From: a virus
Lineage: Duplodnaviria; Caudoviricetes
Length of the DNA: 64,000 nt
Reading direction: 5' to 3' (one strand)
Virus record (IMG/VR): IMGVR_UViG_3300027533_000667
Span: 13,626 to 77,625 of that record
The notes beneath the pieces were generated by a model. The model made no database searches. It was not told the DNA's origin and saw nothing but the letters and a program-made list of their open reading frames with translations. The position numbers and the translations under genes are program-made. Positions 18,486-25,881 of the stretch are shown in pieces; the stretch's first letter is position 1; each line of letters opens with the position of its first letter.

Positions 18486-19129
18486 AACGCAAACGCAAGA
18501 AGCATCGCAAATCTCAAAAGGGCGGCAAATTTGAACGGGAGTTGTGCTACATACTTTCTGCCTGGTGGTTGGGTCATGAAGAAGATTCGTGCTTCTGGCG
18601 CACAGACAACTCAGGCGCACGAGCAACTACTAGACGCAAGAAGGGAATGAGAACTACAGGCAAATGTGGGGATGTGTCTGCTACGCATCCTTGTGCCGAG
18701 CCATTCACTAGATTAATCACCGTAGAAGCCAAACGTGGATATGGAACAGGCATTCACGATCTACTAGACCGGCCTCGCAAGATGAAAGCCAAATCAAACA
18801 TGACTCAGTTCGAGAAATTTTTGGATCAAACGATTACGGCAAGAAACAACGCCAACACACCATACTGGATGCTGATTATACGAAGGGACAATCATGAAGC
18901 AATAGTTTACTTTCCACTGAAGTTATATATGGCTTTGTGCGTTAAAGGCTGCTTCATATATACCAAACCGACAAAACCGTTTCTAGCGATGAATGCTAAA
19001 CGTGTGACTGCTAATGGAGATTGCATTCCAATTTCGTTTGTTGCTATGAGATTGGATCATTTTCTTGCCAACGTATCCAGAAAGGACATCGAGAAGTTAT
19101 GGCAAAAAGAAAAGAAGCTGAGGGAGTAG
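18482..19129 (+). CDS. Holliday junction resolvase-like PD-(D/E)xK nuclease
   Basis: KGGKFERE, RTDNSGA, GDV, VEAKRG. Confidence 0.75.
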   Translation: MKRKRKKHRKSQKGGKFERELCYILSAWWLGHEEDSCFWRTDNSGARATTRRKKGMRTTGKCGDVSATHPCAEPFTRLITVEAKRGYGTGIHDLLDRPRKMKAKSNMTQFEKFLDQTITARNNANTPYWMLIIRRDNHEAIVYFPLKLYMALCVKGCFIYTKPTKPFLAMNAKRVTANGDCIPISFVAMRLDHFLANVSRKDIEKLWQKEKKLRE

Positions 19130-19389
19130 AAACGCCACACTACGTCATATTCAGTGAGAGTCGTGGAGTGTTCCTTAATTTTGGTGTGACGATGGTGTGG
19201 TCCGGCGATCCAGCAGCTAAACTATATAAATCCGCACCATGCATGCCAAAACGAGTTGCGGTTCGTGTGATGAAGGGACTTCTACAATACGTCGGATCGG
19301 CAACTATCAAAGAATGCTATCCTGACGCGGAATATAGAAGAGCAAGTGAAGATGCTTGTGCTAGAATAGGGATCAAACGATGGCTCTAA
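19099..19389 (+). CDS. hypothetical protein
   Basis: Probable ATG 19099; fills the gap in the operon. Confidence 0.5.
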   Translation: MAKRKEAEGVETPHYVIFSESRGVFLNFGVTMVWSGDPAAKLYKSAPCMPKRVAVRVMKGLLQYVGSATIKECYPDAEYRRASEDACARIGIKRWL

Positions 19390-19395
19390 CGGAGA

Positions 19396-19644
19396 TTGAG
19401 AATGAAGAAATCCGAAGAGATCAGCAATCCAAACAGCTGTTTCAACAAAGCAAAAGATGACGAGGTTTTATTTGTGTTGTTGGAGCGAGACGCAGCAGCG
19501 CCAGCAGCAATCAGAGAATGGATTCGACAGCGGATCAAAATAGGATTGAACAAACCAGGCGACGCGCAAATCCAAAGTGCATGGGACACCATACTAGCAA
19601 TGACAGAAGAAATCGACGACAACGAGGAGAAACCAAATGCGTGA
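19396..19644 (+). CDS. conserved phage hypothetical protein
   Basis: NSCFNKAKDDEVLFVLLERDAAAPAAIREW pattern. Confidence 0.6.
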   Translation: MRMKKSEEISNPNSCFNKAKDDEVLFVLLERDAAAPAAIREWIRQRIKIGLNKPGDAQIQSAWDTILAMTEEIDDNEEKPNA

Positions 19645-19942
19645 CACCGGAGCAGCCCCAAAGTTCGAAAGAAAGAAAATCAGCATAGACGAAGTTAAAG
19701 CAGAACTGGACAAAGCTATATCAGAATTGGGAGAGTATGATAGATGGACAATTGCTTTTCTATCATTCATGGATTTCCTTTGCAAACTTGATTGGAACAA
19801 AACTGAAATATACTTTGAGAAAGAATCAAGCGGAAGTGGAGGCAGATCAGGATGGCGTGTCGTTCACTTCCACGAGAAGATAGAAGAGAAGTGGCATGAC
19901 ACGTTTTCGACATGGTTCGGTCTAAGCGCTTGGATGCACTAA
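19637..19942 (+). CDS. hypothetical protein
   Basis: GGAG SD; TAATG overlap with the next gene. Confidence 0.55.
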   Translation: MRDTGAAPKFERKKISIDEVKAELDKAISELGEYDRWTIAFLSFMDFLCKLDWNKTEIYFEKESSGSGGRSGWRVVHFHEKIEEKWHDTFSTWFGLSAWMH

Positions 19943-20988
19943 TGACAATCAGCAAACTAACACTTAAGGATTTTCAATGCCATGAGCGACTCACCATCAG
20001 ATTCAGCCCAACCGTTACAACTCTCATCGGACCCAACGATGCCGGCAAGTCCGCCATCATTAGGGCCTTACGCTTTATCGCCGCCAATCAACCAAGCGGG
20101 TTGGGATTTGTTAGGCGATCCAACAGTAAATTATCCAGGAACCTTAAAGCAAACCTTACGGTCGATGGGCATACCGTCAAACGTATTCGCGGGGAAAGAA
20201 CCAACACCTACAGACTCGACGGACGCCGATTCGCCGCATTTGGTAGAGGCAAAGTCCCAGACGAAGTAGACAAACTGCTCAACATCAGCGAAGTAAACTT
20301 CCAACGGCAGATGGAAACGCCGTTCTGGTTCTCAGATTCAGCAGGTCAAGTCTCAAAGAAACTCAATCAAATCATCAACCTCGATGCGATTGACAACTCG
20401 CTCGAATTCATAGGCAAGAAAGTAAGAACAGCCAAATCTGAAATTGCCGTATCGAGAGAGCGGCTAAAGTCAATCAAGATCGAAATTGCCAGAGCGAAAT
20501 GGATAAGGAAGTGCGAAATGGACCTTGCCGAGTTAGAAGCAGCAAAAGAGCGACATAGCGACATTGTATTAAATCGCTCCAGACTTGCGATCTTAGTCCA
20601 GACCGCTCGGAAGTCCAGACAAAGGGAGATCGAGTCTGTACGAATCGCTGGGGAGATCGGTAGGGTGGTCCGTCTAGGGGAAAGAGCCGAGAAACGCCAG
20701 GAATCGGCCCGGACACTGACCGATCTGATCGAAAAGGCCAAAAAGTACAAGCGCCTAGTGAAGAAAACCACAACAGAATTCTTGGCAGACTTTGATTCGT
20801 TGCTCGAAGTGAATGGTGAAATGTTCAAGTATGCCGAGGACAGAAGAGCATTGGATTACCTTGTTGCTGAATTAAAGGAGGCAGAGACATGCGCCATCGA
20901 AAAGAAAAGGTCGCTGAGAACGTCGGAGAAGTCCCTTTTGAAGTATGCAAAGAAACGATGCCCCGTCTGCGGCAGGAAATACGAATAG
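19942..20988 (+). CDS. sbcC: SbcC/Rad50-like ATPase, N-terminal part (Walker A, coiled coil, zinc hook)
   Basis: LTLKDFQCH, IGPNDAGKS, NFQRQ (Q-loop); ends CPVCGRKYE; no Walker B. Confidence 0.85.
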   Translation: MTISKLTLKDFQCHERLTIRFSPTVTTLIGPNDAGKSAIIRALRFIAANQPSGLGFVRRSNSKLSRNLKANLTVDGHTVKRIRGERTNTYRLDGRRFAAFGRGKVPDEVDKLLNISEVNFQRQMETPFWFSDSAGQVSKKLNQIINLDAIDNSLEFIGKKVRTAKSEIAVSRERLKSIKIEIARAKWIRKCEMDLAELEAAKERHSDIVLNRSRLAILVQTARKSRQREIESVRIAGEIGRVVRLGERAEKRQESARTLTDLIEKAKKYKRLVKKTTTEFLADFDSLLEVNGEMFKYAEDRRALDYLVAELKEAETCAIEKKRSLRTSEKSLLKYAKKRCPVCGRKYE

Positions 20989-21857
20989 GAAAAGTGGAAG
21001 ATGTGGTAGCACTTGCAATCTCGGATATTCACTTCTCGGCGAAAGCACCAGTAGCAAGATCATTAGAACCTGATTGGTTTGAAGCTATGCGCCGTCCATT
21101 CAAAGAGTTGGTATGGCTTAATTCACAATTTGATGGTGATTTGCCTATCCTAATTCCAGGTGACATATTCGACAAATGGAATCCAAGCCCAGAAGTGATC
21201 AACTTTGCAATGGATGTGTTCAAAAGCTTCGATGGTAAATGGACATACACGGTTCCTGGCAATCATGATTTACCGTATCACAATCCAGAATTGATAGACA
21301 AATCAGCATACAATACAATGATCCGTGCTGATTTGTTCAACGGTTGCGATATGGCGAGTTTAGGAACCCTACGAATTGCATTGAATCATCAATACATCTG
21401 GAAGGATGCCAAAACCAAAGTACCGGGAATGGATAATCGAACGCATGCATCGAAGTACAACAGAAGCATGAAGCGAGATAAAATTGATGTAGGTGTCTTC
21501 GGCGACAATCACCATCCGTTCATTCACAAACGAGCCGGCACTAGCATCATCAACTGCGGCTGCTTCATTCGCCGAAAGATCGACGAGCGGGAAATCCGAC
21601 CGATCATTGGTATGATTCATGCGGATGGCGGGATCACGCCGTACTATCTCGACACGTCAGAAGATAAATGGGAAGAGGATGGCGGTACATTGCGTGAAGC
21701 AGAAGATCATGCCGATGCAAAGAACTTGATTGATTCTTTGACAAAGTTGGCAGAACAAGGAATCAACTTCACAAGTGCGGTTCGTCGTTACAGCAAAGAT
21801 GGAACAATCAACGAGGATGTGAGAAGACTCTTACTTGAAGCAATCGAGGAGATTTGA
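20958..21857 (+). CDS. sbcD: SbcD/Mre11-like metallophosphoesterase nuclease
   Basis: SDIH, GDIFD, PGNHD, NHQY, GDNHHPF motifs. Confidence 0.88.
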   Translation: MPRLRQEIRIGKVEDVVALAISDIHFSAKAPVARSLEPDWFEAMRRPFKELVWLNSQFDGDLPILIPGDIFDKWNPSPEVINFAMDVFKSFDGKWTYTVPGNHDLPYHNPELIDKSAYNTMIRADLFNGCDMASLGTLRIALNHQYIWKDAKTKVPGMDNRTHASKYNRSMKRDKIDVGVFGDNHHPFIHKRAGTSIINCGCFIRRKIDEREIRPIIGMIHADGGITPYYLDTSEDKWEEDGGTLREAEDHADAKNLIDSLTKLAEQGINFTSAVRRYSKDGTINEDVRRLLLEAIEEI

Positions 21858-21858
21858 A

Positions 21859-22065
21859 ATGGAAGTCGGCACACAAGTTGAATTGCTTATTAATAAACCA
21901 AACAGCAATTACTTTACGAAAGCATATGGCAGGATTGTGTACGTCCGCGGCAGAAAAGAATACATAATCAAATTGCTGACGAATGGCCCTCCTGGCTGGT
22001 ACATCGGAGATTCAATTAGAGTAACATACAAGAACTTCCACGAAGGTACTTTCTATGTTCGATGA
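21859..22065 (+). CDS. hypothetical protein
   Basis: GAGGAG SD. Confidence 0.5.
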   Translation: MEVGTQVELLINKPNSNYFTKAYGRIVYVRGRKEYIIKLLTNGPPGWYIGDSIRVTYKNFHEGTFYVR

Positions 22066-22309
22066 TCTGCCTAAATTGAAACGACAAGTAGAGCGGCTCC
22101 GAACGGAGTCCGACAAAGCAGCAGGTGCCTACGAACAATTGCTAAAACGAATTCGAGATGAGTTCGGATGCAAAACATTGCGAGACGCAGAAGCCAAGTT
22201 AGCTGAGTTGCAACAACAAGAGATCGAGGCGTTGAGTAGATACAATACCAAGCGGAAGAAGTTCGATAAACGCTGGAAGCAAATCTTACGGGAGTTGAAA
22301 GATGATTGA
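22055..22309 (+). CDS. 84-aa coiled-coil protein, possible middle segment of split SbcC
   Basis: All-helical heptad pattern; lies between the SbcC halves. Confidence 0.55.
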   Translation: MFDDLPKLKRQVERLRTESDKAAGAYEQLLKRIRDEFGCKTLRDAEAKLAELQQQEIEALSRYNTKRKKFDKRWKQILRELKDD

Positions 22310-22634
22310 ATATATCGCTATTAGCTTTATAGGTTTGTCCTGTTGTTGCCTTGCTTTATACAAAATGAACAGTCGATGCCTAAGTAAGATAAGGGATTTA
22401 GAAAATCGCTTAGATGAAATCTCTTTTGCCGAGCCTGTCAATGAAACTGAAACTAATCAAACAAATTGTCTCTGGCCGGAAGATGAAGTACATCTCGTTG
22501 TTGTCACAACGAAATCAGGAACGCACCGCCTTAATATCTCGCAAGAAGCGGCTAGATTCTTCCCTTCAGGCTCAAGAAATCCTGCAGCGACTGGCAAAGA
22601 ACGTCCAGCAACAGGCACACAAGCAAATAGCTAG
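22302..22634 (+). CDS. membrane-anchored hypothetical protein overlapping the sbcC C-terminal gene
   Basis: Hydrophobic N-terminus and GGAG SD; the 3' part overlaps 22414..23010 in another frame. Confidence 0.35.
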   Translation: MIEYIAISFIGLSCCCLALYKMNSRCLSKIRDLENRLDEISFAEPVNETETNQTNCLWPEDEVHLVVVTTKSGTHRLNISQEAARFFPSGSRNPAATGKERPATGTQANS

Positions 22635-23010
22635 TGTGGTGACTAAATGCCTTAGGGCGATCTTCCCTGATCCCTACACGTTCAAAATCATCTTCGAGCG
22701 TAAGCGCGGGAAGACAGAAGCTAATCTAGTTCTGTATCGAGATGGGTTGTTGCTAGAAGACCCGCTTAATGAAACTAGCGGAGGGGTGGTAGATGTAGCT
22801 GCGTTTGCTTTGAGACTTGCTTGTTTGATATTCGCCAAACCGGCGAAGAGAAGATTACTCTGCCTCGATGAACCGTTCAAGATGGTTGATGCAGATAACG
22901 CAGCCAGAATCGGTGATTTGCTTATGTCATTGTCGGAAGAATTGAAACTGCAAATTATCCTTGTCACTCACAACGAGAACTTGCAAATAGGAAAGGTAAT
23001 CCAACTATAA
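22414..23010 (+). CDS. sbcC: SbcC/Rad50-like ATPase, C-terminal part (signature, Walker B, H-loop)
   Basis: ETSGGVVDV (signature), LLCLDEPF (Walker B/D-loop), IILVTH (H-loop); the true start could be ATG 22483. Confidence 0.85.
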   Translation: MKSLLPSLSMKLKLIKQIVSGRKMKYISLLSQRNQERTALISRKKRLDSSLQAQEILQRLAKNVQQQAHKQIASVVTKCLRAIFPDPYTFKIIFERKRGKTEANLVLYRDGLLLEDPLNETSGGVVDVAAFALRLACLIFAKPAKRRLLCLDEPFKMVDADNAARIGDLLMSLSEELKLQIILVTHNENLQIGKVIQL

Positions 23011-23026
23011 TCATTCAATCCAAGCA

Positions 23027-23050
23027 CGGCCGACCGGCCGCTTTCTTTTC
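23027..23050 (+). terminator. rho-independent terminator ending the replication operon
   Basis: CGGCC-GACC-GGCCG hairpin followed by CTTTCTTTTC, at the junction of convergent gene blocks. Confidence 0.6.
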
Positions 23051-23053
23051 TTG

Positions 23054-23209
23054 TCAGTGGCGCTTCGCGGCGGCAACTTCGGAGAATGTCATTTTCTTTT
23101 TGCCTTTGCCGCACCATCGTTGCCAATGGAATTCGATGTGACGGATCGAGCAATAAGGACACCCTTCAACTGGCGTCTTGTCGCATCGATGTCCACAAGG
23201 CAGTATCAT
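23054..23209 (-). CDS. small Cys/His-rich protein
   Basis: MILPCGHRC..GCPYC...WC; ATGA-coupled to the upstream gene. Confidence 0.5.
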   Translation of the reverse strand: MILPCGHRCDKTPVEGCPYCSIRHIEFHWQRWCGKGKKKMTFSEVAAAKRH

Positions 23210-23730
23210 TCCGTTATAACGCCCGTGTATGTTCCGGAACTCACGGCCGCGCAACACAAAGGGGCCGAGTTGATATTTGAGCTAAAAAACACTGAACTAG
23301 AATACGTCACTGAAAACGGTAGCGAACAAGTTCCCGTGGTTGAAGTGCCAGCTCCATGCCCAACCATAAAGCACGTGCCACCGTCGCCGGAAATTCCATC
23401 TTCTAAATCCCAAGTAGCATCAAACGTCTGATTGCAATAGAACCTCACTACCCAAGTTTGGTCAGTACAAACGGTTGCCGAACCCTTCCAATATCCAGGT
23501 CCCCATAACGGACCAGAATCGACGATCCAAGTCAAAGTTACAACGGTGCCATCGAAACACGTACATGATCCGCTGACATGAGTCAGCGTAAGATACAGAG
23601 TTTCCGGAATCGCAATCGAGCTGCAACAATCAGTGATGATGCCGCCAGATGGACAGCAGCATGGCATCCAACCGAAAGCAATCAATACTACAGAAAGAAA
23701 CGACAATAGTAATGTTGAAATTAAGGACAT
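23206..23730 (-). CDS. Cys-rich tail-tip/virion protein with hydrophobic N-terminus
   Basis: MSLISTLLLSFLSVVLIAFGWMPCCC; about 12 Cys; beta-rich; at the distal end of the tail operon. Confidence 0.6.
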   Translation of the reverse strand: MSLISTLLLSFLSVVLIAFGWMPCCCPSGGIITDCCSSIAIPETLYLTLTHVSGSCTCFDGTVVTLTWIVDSGPLWGPGYWKGSATVCTDQTWVVRFYCNQTFDATWDLEDGISGDGGTCFMVGHGAGTSTTGTCSLPFSVTYSSSVFFSSNINSAPLCCAAVSSGTYTGVITE

Positions 23731-24359
23731 TCTACTTGGATAATCCAATATTTGTCATTGGTAGGATCATAGCTGGCCAATCCAGTGTTTCCGCTTGCTC
23801 CAAAAAATATATAGTTCGTACTTGCCGGTATATTATAAACAGTGATAGTAGAGCCAGGACTCGGACCATCCCAATAACCGCCTACTGTACAACTAGCCTT
23901 GCTGGCATCAGTAACAACTAGAGCACTAGGTAGTGTGAACATAACAAATCTTGCCTTGCTTCTACTACCATCGTCTATAAATCCTCTAGGTAATTTGTCC
24001 TTGAATCCAAGTATGGAGCATTCGTAGTTTTGATCCACGCCTAGTTTGCTTCCATTGTACCCTTTTACTTTCAGCGCATCATCATCGTTGTCAGCATCTT
24101 TGGTTACTTCAAAGTCACATTCGAGATCAGGATCGCCTGTATCATTGCCAGGATGGAAACCTTTAGTTATGAACACCGCATTATAATAACCATCAGCATC
24201 AGGCGTACCATCTATGACCCTGACAATGGTTTTTACCAAACCAGCAGGCGCGGTTGGCTGAGGCGTATGTCTGCCTTCAGACTTTGTGTTAGCTTCTGTT
24301 GCCCTTATGCTAGCACAAAGTCTGTCGAAATCGTCATTGGATAGATTGATTAAGGACAT
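23721..24359 (-). CDS. minor tail protein
   Basis: Position after the tape measure; beta-rich. Confidence 0.55.
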   Translation of the reverse strand: MSLINLSNDDFDRLCASIRATEANTKSEGRHTPQPTAPAGLVKTIVRVIDGTPDADGYYNAVFITKGFHPGNDTGDPDLECDFEVTKDADNDDDALKVKGYNGSKLGVDQNYECSILGFKDKLPRGFIDDGSRSKARFVMFTLPSALVVTDASKASCTVGGYWDGPSPGSTITVYNIPASTNYIFFGASGNTGLASYDPTNDKYWIIQVECP

Positions 24360-24860
24360 TTAGAATGGCTGCTCATTGACCGTGAGTTGAACCAACAACC
24401 CCTTACCATCTGGAGCAGATACAGTAATGTTGGCTTCAAGCCAATCACCAGCCACATAGTTAGGAGATGCAATACCAGCAGAAATGTCATCGAAATCCGT
24501 ACCACCTGTGCCTGGTGTGGAATTCAATGTAATTGTGGCGCTTAGTACAGTAGCTCCGTTCTTCAGCAGATCAATCGTCACAGTGCCAGTGCTATTGCTA
24601 TCACTCAACCCACAAGTGAAGTCCTCAATAGTGCCAGCAGCAAGCGCCCTTCTAAGAGCAATTCGTTTTGCTGCTGGTGAAGAAGCGCGGGCCTCCGCAT
24701 ATGGAATAGTATGCTGTTGTACTGACTTGTCTGGTTCAAACGGATCGGCTGCATCCGCCGATGCATTACCTACAGAACCAGCAGGAAGGCTCGTCTGGTC
24801 GAATATCCAATTACCTCTAGCATTGAAATTCTCGCCAGGCGTTCCTAATGATTGCGACAC
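24360..24860 (-). CDS. minor tail protein (beta-sandwich, TVTIDLLKNGATVLSATITL type)
   Basis: Motif recurrent in phage tail/fibre proteins; position. Confidence 0.6.
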   Translation of the reverse strand: MSQSLGTPGENFNARGNWIFDQTSLPAGSVGNASADAADPFEPDKSVQQHTIPYAEARASSPAAKRIALRRALAAGTIEDFTCGLSDSNSTGTVTIDLLKNGATVLSATITLNSTPGTGGTDFDDISAGIASPNYVAGDWLEANITVSAPDGKGLLVQLTVNEQPF

Positions 24861-24870
24861 GACTTGCTCC

Positions 24871-25881
24871 TTATAGCAGACCTTCTAAATTGAGCGGCTT
24901 GAAAGGCTGCTCAAGATGAGTTTTGAACGTCAGCCACGTCGGCAAAACTTTACCAGTAACCAGATCGGGTTTTGCTTCTTTGCCAGCGCCGTCCAAACAA
25001 ACCGGCTGGGATATCGGCTGTCCCATTTTGTTGTAGATCGGCACCAACACCATTTTAGGAATAGGAATTGCAGGACCGGCAGCCCCAAAGAAAAACTTCA
25101 ACCGCAACTCGTTAAGACCAGCATCTAGGAACCGCGGCTGCCAAGTTCTCAATACAAGATTACCAGGCAAGTTCTTCCAATGAGTGATGAATCTAATCTT
25201 GTATGTAATTCGCCAATACTCATATGGACCCTTGTATATCTTCTTGGCTTTCCAAGGATACATCAAGCATTGACCCGGCTTCTTGCCTCTGAAATCATCC
25301 TTGTTGACAGCAAACTGATACTCTTCTGCTTTGTCGTTATCGTATTGCAACTCATTGCGAGATATCATAGCAACACGAAAGCCGACTTCAAACGTAGGTG
25401 CTGGAGTAAACGGTTGTTGTGCAGAATTCAGGAAAGCTTTGCCTTCCGAATCATACTGCAAAGCCATCCGTATCACTTCACTATCCCATTCAACATCTGG
25501 CGGATCGGACTCTGGTTTGTCACTGTGTCCTGGTTTGTTAGCAGAGCCAGGTCGCGGTCCGCCTGGCGGAACTTTGGTAGAATAAAAACAAATCACAATC
25601 CAAGATTGCCAATCATCCTTGACCTCCATGTCTGCCGATATTCTCAACAACAAAGCCAACGGATCAACTATAAATCCATCAGCCCGCTGCATTGGTGAAT
25701 ATGGTCGTGGGATGCCTGGACCAAATCCAACAGTCACCTGATCCACCAACGGCGAATTAACCATCATGCGGAACTTACGAACGTACTCACGCTTGGCATC
25801 ACCACCAGTATCATCGAATGGTGTGCCTGGACGTTCATCAAACAATTCTTCGGTCGCTCTCCACCAATCAGGTGCTGACAT
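24871..25881 (-). CDS. distal tail/hub-like protein
   Basis: First gene after the tape measure (TAATG overlap), 336 aa. Confidence 0.55.
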   Translation of the reverse strand: MSAPDWWRATEELFDERPGTPFDDTGGDAKREYVRKFRMMVNSPLVDQVTVGFGPGIPRPYSPMQRADGFIVDPLALLLRISADMEVKDDWQSWIVICFYSTKVPPGGPRPGSANKPGHSDKPESDPPDVEWDSEVIRMALQYDSEGKAFLNSAQQPFTPAPTFEVGFRVAMISRNELQYDNDKAEEYQFAVNKDDFRGKKPGQCLMYPWKAKKIYKGPYEYWRITYKIRFITHWKNLPGNLVLRTWQPRFLDAGLNELRLKFFFGAAGPAIPIPKMVLVPIYNKMGQPISQPVCLDGAGKEAKPDLVTGKVLPTWLTFKTHLEQPFKPLNLEGLL

